A program made the translations under genes and the position numbers. The notes below the pieces were generated by a model. It was not told the origin of the DNA, did not search any database, and was given only the letters and a program-made list of their open reading frames with translations. Shown piece by piece: positions 50,529 to 59,861 of a stretch of DNA of 64,000 nucleotides (position 1 is the first letter of the stretch; the number at the start of each line of letters is the position of its first letter). The stretch spans positions 1 through 64,000 of the forward strand of contig OZ252100.1 in NCBI GenBank assembly GCA_965248435.1. The letters are read 5' to 3'. This DNA comes from Candidatus Latescibacterota bacterium (GTDB lineage Bacteria > Latescibacterota > UBA2968 > GCA-2709665).

Positions 50529-51621
50529 ATGGTTGAGGAAAAGATCTATCGCGCAGGGGCCATTGGGAGGACGGGCGGGGGAAACTACGGTCACGGAATT
50601 CATCTGGGTTACAAAGGGCACGAGCGGATCGAGTTCGTTTCAGTCGCCGATCCGGATGAGGAAGGTCGCCAAAGGGCTGAAGCCGAAACCGGCGCGAAAC
50701 GCACCTACGCGGATTACCAGGAGATGCTTGAACGGGAATCGCTTGATCTAGTAAGTGTCTGCCCGCGCTGGGTGGACTGCCATCTGGAGATGGTGCTGGC
50801 GTGTGTGGAGGCAGGCTGTCACGTATACTGTGAGAAACCCATGGCGATGCGTCTGGATGATGCAGACCGGATGGTCTCGGCGGCTGATCGCAGGGGTGTA
50901 AGAATTGCAGTTGCACATCAAGGGGTCTACCTGCCTCAAACCCGGGAAGCGAAGCGGCTCGTGGAGTCGGGTCGAATCGGGGACCCCCCATACAGTCTAT
51001 GCCTGGGGCAAACAGGACCATCGAGGGGGTGGAGAAGACACGATGGTGCTTGGGACGCACCTCTTCAACACGATGCGCTTTTTCTTCTCGGAGGTGGCCT
51101 GGATGTTCGCACACGTGACGGTTGAAGGGAGGGAAATTGGACCGGGCGATGTAAGGGATGGGAATGAACCGATTGGTCCAGTGGCCGGAGACTGTGTGGA
51201 GAGCTACTTCTCTTTTCAATCCGGCGTGAGTGGATTCTTTCGTTCGCGCGCCAACAGCCACCCAGGGGACCGGCCCTACGGGATGGAGATTGCGGGCCAG
51301 GAAGGACGCCTCGCGCTTTGGGGGGGATCGCCGGACCAGATTTTCCTGTGTCCCTACGGAGGTTCTGCTCCCGAGCGTCCTGACCGGGTATGGCAGCGGC
51401 TGGATGTCGAAACCGCGCCCTATACGGGGGGAAATAGTCGGGCCATCCAGGACCTGATTCAATCGATAGAGGAAGATCGCGACCCGCTCTCCAGCGGGCG
51501 AGATGCCACTTCGGCGCTCGAGATGATTCTGGGCGCATACGAATCTCAGATCTCGGGCGGACGCGTAGAATTTCCAATGAGCGAGCGAACCCACCCACTC
51601 GACCGGCTGCGTTGCAATTGA
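50529..51621 (+). pseudogene. Gfo/Idh/MocA oxidoreductase with a +1 frameshift near 50980
   Basis: The HVYCEKP half and the QDHRGGGED..VLGTH half are in different frames, owing to an extra base in ATCGGGGACCCCCCAT. Confidence 0.8.
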
Positions 51622-51990
51622 GAACATAATCCGTCACAAGTTGAGAGGCCACATGTCGAGGGGAAAAAGTTACAGGGCCGGTGCCATCGGCCGCACGGGG
51701 AAGGGCCGCTACGGGCATGGCCTTCACCTGGCCTACAAGGAAATCGACGAAGTAGATCTGGTCGCGATCGCCGATCCGGACGATGAAGGACGCGCGGCCG
51801 CAAAAGAAGAAACAGGGGCCAAGACGGACTACGCCGATTACCGGGATATGCTGGAAAAGGAAGATCTGGATATTGTCAGCGTCTGCCCAAGATGGGTGGA
51901 CTGCCATCTCGAGATGGTGCTGGCCTGCGCCGATGCGGGATGCCACATCTACTGTGAGAAACCGATCGCGATGAGCTTGGAGGATGCCGA
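50867..51990 (+). repeat. 1124-bp direct repeat, copy 1
   Basis: Matches 54486-55609 at a constant offset of 3619. The ORF translations are identical. Confidence 0.95.
51653..51990 (+). pseudogene. Truncated N-terminal copy of the Gfo/Idh/MocA gene at 55272
   Basis: Identical to 55272-55609 up to ...MSLEDA, then unrelated sequence. Confidence 0.85.
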
Positions 51991-52024
51991 GGCCTGGGTC
52001 CGACTGCCCTGGCTTATGCTTGCC

Positions 52025-52167
52025 GCTGAACAGATGCGTTCCGAGCACCATCATGTCTTCGCCACCGCCCCGGTGGTCCTGTGTGCCCAGCCTCAATGTC
52101 AGCCATTCGAATCGATCTATACAGTAATCGATGGCCCCGACTCCCACGCTGCCCATCCCGGGCCATC
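52025..52167. other. Mosaic of three short fragments copied from nearby genes
   Basis: 52025-52091 is the reverse complement of 55745-55811. 52092-52125 equals 57605-57638. 52123-52167 is the reverse complement of 56536-56580. Confidence 0.93.
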
Positions 52168-52663
52168 TAATCAATCTGCCCATTAATTTCGGAAATTCTG
52201 GATGTGTGGCAAAAATTCTGGCTGCGATGGCGAAGAATGTGATAGCCAGAAGAATATCAGTGTGGAAAGGTCTTCCCCTTCGGATTTCGCGTCTTGTGCA
52301 CGAACTTCTAGGCGCAGTACCCGCGCCACATGACTTCCGGTCAAACACCGGATGAGGTTCTAACTAGGCAAAAATATTTGCCTAAACTCTAAACCCTCGC
52401 CGCGTCCGGCTGTGCGCAAGTAAGAATCGTGGTAATCTTTATATACTATCGTGTGGTTTCTAACCTATGACATCACGCGCAGATGTGGCTAGGCAAAGAT
52501 TCAACTATACATCACGGTGGTTTACTTATCCCTCATCTCAATCAAATCCAATCAGAGGGATTTATGAATTCGGCATTATGTGTTTCGATATTACGAGTGG
52601 TGTTCGGATTAGAAGACTTAGGCCACCCCTAACCAATACAACAGTAAGTGAGGATTTTTTGCC

Positions 52664-53434
52664 ATGGCAGATCGATCAACAGAGGAAGAGGACATAAACG
52701 ACGAGTTTAATCGGAGGAGAGGGCGACTTCGAATCGCACCGGGGCCTGTTGGTGAGGACGTTCCTCAGTGGATGAATGACGGTATCGAGGAACTGTACGG
52801 CCTCTTCAACACAACCGCCGACATATGGGACAAGAAATTTTCTGTGGAGTCTGATAATCTCTTCTACAGAGCTGTTTCGGAGCAAGTGCCGATTACATCG
52901 GCGGAACTGGACATTCTCGATCTTGGATCTGGCACGGGAATACAGCTCGAATCCGTTTTCGCCCGAGCACCAAATGCCAAGGTAACTGGGATCGACTTGG
53001 CTCCAAACATGCTGGATCAACTACGCTTCAAGTTCGTCAATAGAACTTCCCAGCTTCGGCTCGTTCAAGGATCAATACTTGATCTTCCATTAGGAGACAG
53101 GGAGTATGATTATGTCATTTCCACACTCACTATGCATCATTTTTCACCGGAGAACAAAGTTCGAATCTATCGCAAGGTGAGAGAAGCGTTACACGCAGCG
53201 GGTTTGTACATCGAGGGTGATCAGTCCACTACCGCCGAGGGCGAAAAAGAAACCCTCTATTGGTACCATCATTGGATTGCCAAGCTCCCGGGCGGAGATC
53301 GTTCTGAGTGGAACTACGACATCACTTTATCTGTGGGAACTCAGAAGCGAATCCTTCGCCAGTCCGGGTACTCTGAGGTCCAGCTTACGTGGGAGGAACC
53401 AGGTAAGCGAGCAGTTCTGGTGGCGAAGCGTTAG
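52664..53434 (+). CDS. Class I SAM-dependent methyltransferase
   Basis: ILDLGSGTG, VTGIDLAPNML, YDYVISTLTMHHF. Confidence 0.85.
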   Translation: MADRSTEEEDINDEFNRRRGRLRIAPGPVGEDVPQWMNDGIEELYGLFNTTADIWDKKFSVESDNLFYRAVSEQVPITSAELDILDLGSGTGIQLESVFARAPNAKVTGIDLAPNMLDQLRFKFVNRTSQLRLVQGSILDLPLGDREYDYVISTLTMHHFSPENKVRIYRKVREALHAAGLYIEGDQSTTAEGEKETLYWYHHWIAKLPGGDRSEWNYDITLSVGTQKRILRQSGYSEVQLTWEEPGKRAVLVAKR

Positions 53435-53711
53435 CGCGCGCGAAGTGATGAACCAGTCGACGTCTGGTATTTCGCGTACGGAAGGATCAGGCCATGGTCC
53501 GTGGGACGTTTCGGTGGCCAGCCGTTGTGCTCTTTCGGATCTCAGAGCACAACCAATTCGTCTTCGTTGACAATGACCTTTCAGCTGTGACTTGTCAGTG
53601 ATTATGCTCATCTTTGAATTCTTGAGGGAAATATACTCCAGGGCTAAGAGTCAGCCTATTGCCGCGCGATCCACTCGCATCTCCCACGCTGAAAATCCGG
53701 AAAATAGTGAT

Positions 53712-54485
53712 ATGAAAGTCTTGATGGTGGAGATTTTTGGAAGGGGAGGTCTTGCTCACTATGTTTTCAACCTGGCTTCGGAACTCGCCAGGAGCGGCGC
53801 GAATATCTGCATCGTGACCGCCGCGGAATACGAGCTTGAATCCCTCTCGTTGCCCAGTGGTGCCGTGGTCAGTCCGAATTTGAGCCGTTTAGCATTTCGC
53901 CTGCGAGGCTTATTGCCCGATTCCATGCTTCGTCTAATCAAGGTTGTAGAGTTCCCCGCGAGCTCAGTCTCGGTCTTCAGAGTTGTTCGAAACTGGAAGC
54001 CCGATGTGATCCATCTACATTGCACAAGTTGGGCTATTCTATTGCTCCTAGTTTTCCTCAAACCATTAGGCGTTCCTCTAGTGTACACGGCTCACAACGT
54101 GATACCACACGAGTCTTCCGGTTTTCATGAGGCTATATTCAAAGTAATCTACAGGATGTCCGATCACATTATCGTGCATAGTGTGCAGGATCGAAAGCTA
54201 CTAAGCGATAAATTCGGTGTGGAAGACGCTGTATCGGTCGTTCCTCAGGGTAATTACTGCTTTCTCTGTGATGAACCCAAGATGGTTACCCGAATTCAAG
54301 CACGCAGCATCCTTGCAATCGAACAAGATGCGGATGTCGCGCTCTTCTTTGGATTCCTTCGCGAGAACAAAGGGTTGAACTTGCTGCTAACTGCGTGGCC
54401 AGAAGTGTGCAAAGTTCGTCCAACTGCGCGACTGCTGATAGCAGGGTACCCGAATCGGATGAACAGAAAGAGATTTGATCAGCTT
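53712..54485 (+). pseudogene. Glycosyltransferase family 4, 3'-truncated
   Basis: MKVLMVEIFGRGGLAHY, VYTAHNVIPHE and FFGFLRENKG. It is cut at the start of repeat copy 2, before the C-terminal donor-binding motif. Confidence 0.82.
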
Positions 54486-55609
54486 CCGGATGGTCTCGGC
54501 GGCTGATCGCAGGGGTGTAAGAATTGCAGTTGCACATCAAGGGGTCTACCTGCCTCAAACCCGGGAAGCGAAGCGGCTCGTGGAGTCGGGTCGAATCGGG
54601 GACCCCCCATACAGTCTATGCCTGGGGCAAACAGGACCATCGAGGGGGTGGAGAAGACACGATGGTGCTTGGGACGCACCTCTTCAACACGATGCGCTTT
54701 TTCTTCTCGGAGGTGGCCTGGATGTTCGCACACGTGACGGTTGAAGGGAGGGAAATTGGACCGGGCGATGTAAGGGATGGGAATGAACCGATTGGTCCAG
54801 TGGCCGGAGACTGTGTGGAGAGCTACTTCTCTTTTCAATCCGGCGTGAGTGGATTCTTTCGTTCGCGCGCCAACAGCCACCCAGGGGACCGGCCCTACGG
54901 GATGGAGATTGCGGGCCAGGAAGGACGCCTCGCGCTTTGGGGGGGATCGCCGGACCAGATTTTCCTGTGTCCCTACGGAGGTTCTGCTCCCGAGCGTCCT
55001 GACCGGGTATGGCAGCGGCTGGATGTCGAAACCGCGCCCTATACGGGGGGAAATAGTCGGGCCATCCAGGACCTGATTCAATCGATAGAGGAAGATCGCG
55101 ACCCGCTCTCCAGCGGGCGAGATGCCACTTCGGCGCTCGAGATGATTCTGGGCGCATACGAATCTCAGATCTCGGGCGGACGCGTAGAATTTCCAATGAG
55201 CGAGCGAACCCACCCACTCGACCGGCTGCGTTGCAATTGAGAACATAATCCGTCACAAGTTGAGAGGCCACATGTCGAGGGGAAAAAGTTACAGGGCCGG
55301 TGCCATCGGCCGCACGGGGAAGGGCCGCTACGGGCATGGCCTTCACCTGGCCTACAAGGAAATCGACGAAGTAGATCTGGTCGCGATCGCCGATCCGGAC
55401 GATGAAGGACGCGCGGCCGCAAAAGAAGAAACAGGGGCCAAGACGGACTACGCCGATTACCGGGATATGCTGGAAAAGGAAGATCTGGATATTGTCAGCG
55501 TCTGCCCAAGATGGGTGGACTGCCATCTCGAGATGGTGCTGGCCTGCGCCGATGCGGGATGCCACATCTACTGTGAGAAACCGATCGCGATGAGCTTGGA
55601 GGATGCCGA
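54486..55609 (+). repeat. 1124-bp direct repeat, copy 2 (includes a headless oxidoreductase C-terminal fragment ending at 55240)
   Basis: Matches 50867-51990, including the same frameshift. Confidence 0.95.
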
Positions 55610-56393
55610 TCGAATCGTGGAGGCGACAGATCGGGCAGGTGTAAAGATTGTCGTCGCGCACCAGGGTCTCTATGTGCCACAAGTTCACGAAGTGAAACGT
55701 CGAATCGATTCCGGAGTGATCGGCCGTTTGGAGGCGTTCTACGCGCTGGGCACACAGGACCACCGGGGCGGTGGCGAAGACATGATGGTGCTCGGAACGC
55801 ATCTGTTCAGCTTGATGCGATTCTTCGCAGGCGACGTCGACTGGATCTCTGCCCACGTTACGGCAGGGGGGCGTGATATTGGACCTGAGGATGTGAGGGA
55901 AGGGCACGAGCCGATCGGCCCTATAGCTGGAGATTCGGTGAGCAGCTATCTCTGGTTCAAGAGCGGGATTTCAGGTCATTTCTCCTCGAGAGTCAAGCAG
56001 AGCGCTTGGGCGCCCGATGGGGGTAAAGGTTCCGGGATGAGCCTGGAGCTCGTCGGGCAGGAGGGGAGGATCAGCATGAAGGGCGGTGCGGCGGGGGCGG
56101 TACGAATCTACCCTTTCGGAGTCTTCACGCCCTGGGACGGTGATCCGCCGTGGAGATCCCTCGACGTTGAGTGCCTGGATCACCTGCAGGGGAATCGGTT
56201 AGCCATCGTCGAGCTGATGGAGGCGGTCGAACAGGAACGCGAGCCCATCGGAAGCGCGCGAGACGCTCGTGCCGCCCTGGAAATGATTCTGGGCGCCTAT
56301 GAATCACAGACGAAAGGCGGCGTTCGAGTATCTTTCCCGCTTGCAGAACGATCCCATCCGCTCGAGCGATTCAAGAATGGAGCCAACACCTGA
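55272..56393 (+). CDS. Gfo/Idh/MocA family oxidoreductase
   Basis: AIGRTGKGRYGHG, HIYCEKP, QDHRGGGEDMMVLGTH. Confidence 0.9.
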   Translation: MSRGKSYRAGAIGRTGKGRYGHGLHLAYKEIDEVDLVAIADPDDEGRAAAKEETGAKTDYADYRDMLEKEDLDIVSVCPRWVDCHLEMVLACADAGCHIYCEKPIAMSLEDADRIVEATDRAGVKIVVAHQGLYVPQVHEVKRRIDSGVIGRLEAFYALGTQDHRGGGEDMMVLGTHLFSLMRFFAGDVDWISAHVTAGGRDIGPEDVREGHEPIGPIAGDSVSSYLWFKSGISGHFSSRVKQSAWAPDGGKGSGMSLELVGQEGRISMKGGAAGAVRIYPFGVFTPWDGDPPWRSLDVECLDHLQGNRLAIVELMEAVEQEREPIGSARDARAALEMILGAYESQTKGGVRVSFPLAERSHPLERFKNGANT

Positions 56394-56474
56394 TCCACAA
56401 GTACCTGGACGAATCCAGGGGTTTTGGATATATAGTATTTGTCGTAGCGCGACACACGGTGTAGGGGAGGATTC

Positions 56475-57434
56475 ATGGAGCTGAAGATCAACCGGGACAT
56501 CAAGGGTGAGGTCATCTCCCCAACATTGCTTGCAGGATGGCCCGGGATGGGCAGCGTGGGAGTCGGGGCCATCGATTACTTGAGGAGGCAGCTGGATGCA
56601 GCTCCTATCGCTGAGTTGGACCTGAGTGAGTTCTTCACTCCTGAAGCCGTTGTCGTGGAGAATGGAATCGCGAAGGCATTCACGGATCTGCCGACCCACG
56701 TCTTCTACTACGTGCGTGAACCCGAATTGATTATCTTCGAAAGCGAAGCGCAGGTCGGCGGTACAGGTGGAATAACTTTGATGACTCAGATTCTGGATTT
56801 CGCCTCTGAATTGAAAGTAAAGAAGATCTATACGGGCGCTGCGTTCTCCAGACCGATCAGCCACCGAGAACCGGTCAAGGTCCTGGGTGTGGCCAACCGC
56901 GAAAGCCTGAGAGATGGGCTCGTCCCTCACGGCGTTGAAATCCTGGACGAGGGGCATATTTCGGGGCTGAATGGCCTGCTTCTTGGGTTTGCAGGATTGA
57001 GGGATATCGAGGCGGCCTGTTTGCTGGCCACGATGCCACAATACGCCCAAATGATGCCAAATCCCAAGGCTTCCCGCGAGATCATCCGCGTCTTCGAATC
57101 GATCTTGGGCGTCCAGATCGACATGGAGGAGATCGATCAGGCGGCAGAGCAGATGGATCAAACGATGTTTGAGATTGAAGAGAAGATACGGGCAACGTTC
57201 TCCAGCATGGAGATGGAGGAGGATGAAGCGTCCGAACTCGAGGAGGTTGATGAAGAGCAGGTTCCTCAGTACGTGATGGAGAAGATCGAGAGATTATTCG
57301 AAGAGATTCAGCAAGAGAATTCGAGAGGGAAAGCGGCCCAGCTGAAAAAGGAACTGGATCGTTGGAATCTGTACAGTCTTTATGAAGATAGGTTCCTAAA
57401 CCTGTTCCGTCGAGATAAGGAGGGCGGCGTTTAG
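56475..57434 (+). CDS. PAC2 (proteasome assembly chaperone 2) family protein
   Basis: LLAGWPGMGSVG, ISGLNGLLLG and PNPKAS, with an acidic helical C-terminus. Confidence 0.8.
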   Translation: MELKINRDIKGEVISPTLLAGWPGMGSVGVGAIDYLRRQLDAAPIAELDLSEFFTPEAVVVENGIAKAFTDLPTHVFYYVREPELIIFESEAQVGGTGGITLMTQILDFASELKVKKIYTGAAFSRPISHREPVKVLGVANRESLRDGLVPHGVEILDEGHISGLNGLLLGFAGLRDIEAACLLATMPQYAQMMPNPKASREIIRVFESILGVQIDMEEIDQAAEQMDQTMFEIEEKIRATFSSMEMEEDEASELEEVDEEQVPQYVMEKIERLFEEIQQENSRGKAAQLKKELDRWNLYSLYEDRFLNLFRRDKEGGV

Positions 57435-57458
57435 CAGCCTCCCATATATTCTTAACGT

Positions 57459-57496
57459 AAGGACATGTCTCCAAATGGTGACATGTCCTTTGTTTT
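57459..57496 (+). terminator. Intrinsic terminator
   Basis: AAGGACATGTC-N10-GACATGTCCTT followed by TGTTTT. Confidence 0.7.
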
Positions 57497-57608
57497 ATTC
57501 CCGACGCCGACTTGCTTGAAATGTCTTGCCTGATACATCATTTGCGCCTAATTTGAGAGCCGGAATCGCAAAAATCTGTATAAGATGACTTTTCAATGAG
57601 AGGACTCA

Positions 57609-58670
57609 ATGTCAGCCATTCGAATCGATCTATACAGTGATACGGCGACCAAACCGACCAAAGAGATGAGGGAGTTCATGTGCTCCTGCGAGGTGGGTGA
57701 CGAACAGCGATACGAGGATCCTTCGGCGAACGAACTCCAGGGAATGGTCGCCGAGATGCTCGGAAAGGAAGCGGCGATCTTTCTCCCTTCAGGCACGATG
57801 TGTAATCATATCGCATACCTGGTTCACTGTAAACCAGGGGATATGGTCCTGATGGAGAAAACAGCGCATCCTCTTATATCCGAGGCCGGAGGAGCGTGTG
57901 CGCTTGCAGGGGTGACGATCTACCCCGTCGACGGACAGAAAGGACAGTTTTCGGCCGAGCAGGTCGCCGAGTTGATGTCTTATCCATACAGTTTGCGCAG
58001 GCCGGGCGTGAGGGTCGTCTCTGTAGAACAGACTGCGAACAGTCCTGGAGGGTGCATCTGGCCGCTCGAGCAGATGAGGGCCGTGTGCGAGGTGACGCAC
58101 GAGAAAGGGGCCATTGCGCACATGGATGGGGCACGGCTGTTGAACGCGGTCGTTGCCACGGGGATTTCGCCTCAGGACTACGCGGAAACGTTCGATTCGG
58201 TGTGGATCGACCTGAGCAAAGGGTTGGGGGCCCCGGTAGGCGGGGTTCTCGCAGGCTCCGAAGCGTTTATCCAGGAAGCGTGGGCGTGGAAGCATCGTCT
58301 GGGCGGTGCAATGCGGCAGTCCGGCATCCTTGCAGCGGCCGGGATTTACGCACTCAAGCACAACGTCGATCGGCTGGCCGCGGACCACATAAATGCAAAA
58401 CGCTTCGCAAAAGGCATTTACAGTGCCGAGGGTATCGCAGTGGATCCGGATTCCGTGGAGACGAACATGGTGCGTTTCGATGTTGCAGATACCGGGTTGT
58501 CATCCTCGGCCTTCGTCGAGCGGTTGATCGGGGAAGAAGGTGTCAGGGTCAGCACGCCTGGCCCGACTGCACTTCGAGCCGTCCCACATCTCGGGATCAC
58601 CGAAGATGACATCGACTCAGCAGTGGAATCGGTCCATGGCCTGGCGGGACGGATTGTGGAGGGCGTTTAG
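57609..58670 (+). CDS. ltaE: Low-specificity L-threonine aldolase family
   Basis: IDLYSDT.TKP, PSGTMCN, HMDGARL.NA, SKGLGAPVG, GGAMRQSG. Confidence 0.88.
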   Translation: MSAIRIDLYSDTATKPTKEMREFMCSCEVGDEQRYEDPSANELQGMVAEMLGKEAAIFLPSGTMCNHIAYLVHCKPGDMVLMEKTAHPLISEAGGACALAGVTIYPVDGQKGQFSAEQVAELMSYPYSLRRPGVRVVSVEQTANSPGGCIWPLEQMRAVCEVTHEKGAIAHMDGARLLNAVVATGISPQDYAETFDSVWIDLSKGLGAPVGGVLAGSEAFIQEAWAWKHRLGGAMRQSGILAAAGIYALKHNVDRLAADHINAKRFAKGIYSAEGIAVDPDSVETNMVRFDVADTGLSSSAFVERLIGEEGVRVSTPGPTALRAVPHLGITEDDIDSAVESVHGLAGRIVEGV

Positions 58671-58697
58671 GCTTCCAAACTTATGGAGACTTGAGGT

Positions 58698-59861
58698 ATG
58701 TATCGCATCGCAATTCTGGGCTGCCGTTCCAGGGGAACGGCGGCGGCCATGGCTTATCACGCACATCCCGGGACGGAGGTGGTTGGACTCTGTGACCGGA
58801 TCCCAGAGCGACTTCAGGAGCTGGGCAACGCGTTGGGGGTTACCGCCCGATTCGCTGACGCAGACGAAATGATCCGAGAGACCCGGCCCGATATCGTTGC
58901 TATTCCCACAGGCACTGAGTTTCACTACGACCTCTGCATGCAGGTCCTGAGATACGGTTCCACACATATCGATGTGGAAAAGCCGATGTGCGTGGATCTG
59001 GTTCAAGCGGATACCCTTGTGCGGAAAGCCGAGGAGGTGGATGCACGCATCGCGGTCCATCACCAGGGCCGCTGCGGCGTTTGGATGAAAGCGGTTGTGC
59101 GGGAGATTCAAAAGGGACGGATCGGGGATCTGCAGCACATGACCGCTTACGGGAAGGGCTACTACGGCGGCTATGGCCTGATGAACATCGGCACCCATAT
59201 TCTTAGCAACTTTCTGGAACTGGCCGGGCCGTGCAGGCGCGTGTCCGCTTCTGCCCTGACGGATGGGCACCCGATTACGCCCGAGGATGTCCTGCCTTCA
59301 TCGAACGGCATGGGAACGATCGCGGGAGAAGCCATAACCGCAACGCTCGAGTTCTCAGGGAATGTGACCGCGACGCTCGTGCACCACCGTTACCCGGTGA
59401 TCGACAATCAATTCGCTCGCCTTGTGATTCAAGGGAGCGAGGGGATACTTTTGTGGGATTGGGATGGCGCGTGGCGGATGACGCCCCATGGATTTCCTCC
59501 GAAGGTGACGAAGCATGATTGGGAGTTACTGGATTCCGACGGTCCAGAGCACTATGATCCTGACAGCGGCGTGAATTCAACCGAGTATTCATATGTGGAT
59601 GAATATGTCCACGCGCTGGACGAGGAACGGGACCACGTCTGCAGTGGGTCCGAAGCGGTACACGTGATCGAGATCATGATGGGAATTTTCGAGTCGGCTG
59701 CCCACGGCCGGACAGTCGAACTGCCGCAGGTCGACCGGGAGCACCCCCTTGTGCGCTGGCGACGTGAGGCCGGCCTGGGTGAGCCGGAACCGATGCCCAG
59801 GCCCTACCCGGAGTGGTTGGCGGCTGAGGATCGACGATTGGGTAGGGGTAAGGAGAACTAA
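58698..59861 (+). CDS. Gfo/Idh/MocA family oxidoreductase
   Basis: N-terminal Rossmann fold, VEKPM, LMNIGTH. Confidence 0.88.
   Translation: MYRIAILGCRSRGTAAAMAYHAHPGTEVVGLCDRIPERLQELGNALGVTARFADADEMIRETRPDIVAIPTGTEFHYDLCMQVLRYGSTHIDVEKPMCVDLVQADTLVRKAEEVDARIAVHHQGRCGVWMKAVVREIQKGRIGDLQHMTAYGKGYYGGYGLMNIGTHILSNFLELAGPCRRVSASALTDGHPITPEDVLPSSNGMGTIAGEAITATLEFSGNVTATLVHHRYPVIDNQFARLVIQGSEGILLWDWDGAWRMTPHGFPPKVTKHDWELLDSDGPEHYDPDSGVNSTEYSYVDEYVHALDEERDHVCSGSEAVHVIEIMMGIFESAAHGRTVELPQVDREHPLVRWRREAGLGEPEPMPRPYPEWLAAEDRRLGRGKEN

Noticed and set aside
52025-52167. CRISPR-like array of self-derived spacers
   Set aside because: There are no intervening direct repeats, the lengths are unequal and no cas genes are present.
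50527-57161. Long minus-strand ORFs (366, 255, 407 and 285 aa)
   Set aside because: They are antisense to clear oxidoreductase and PAC2 genes, as expected in GC-rich DNA.
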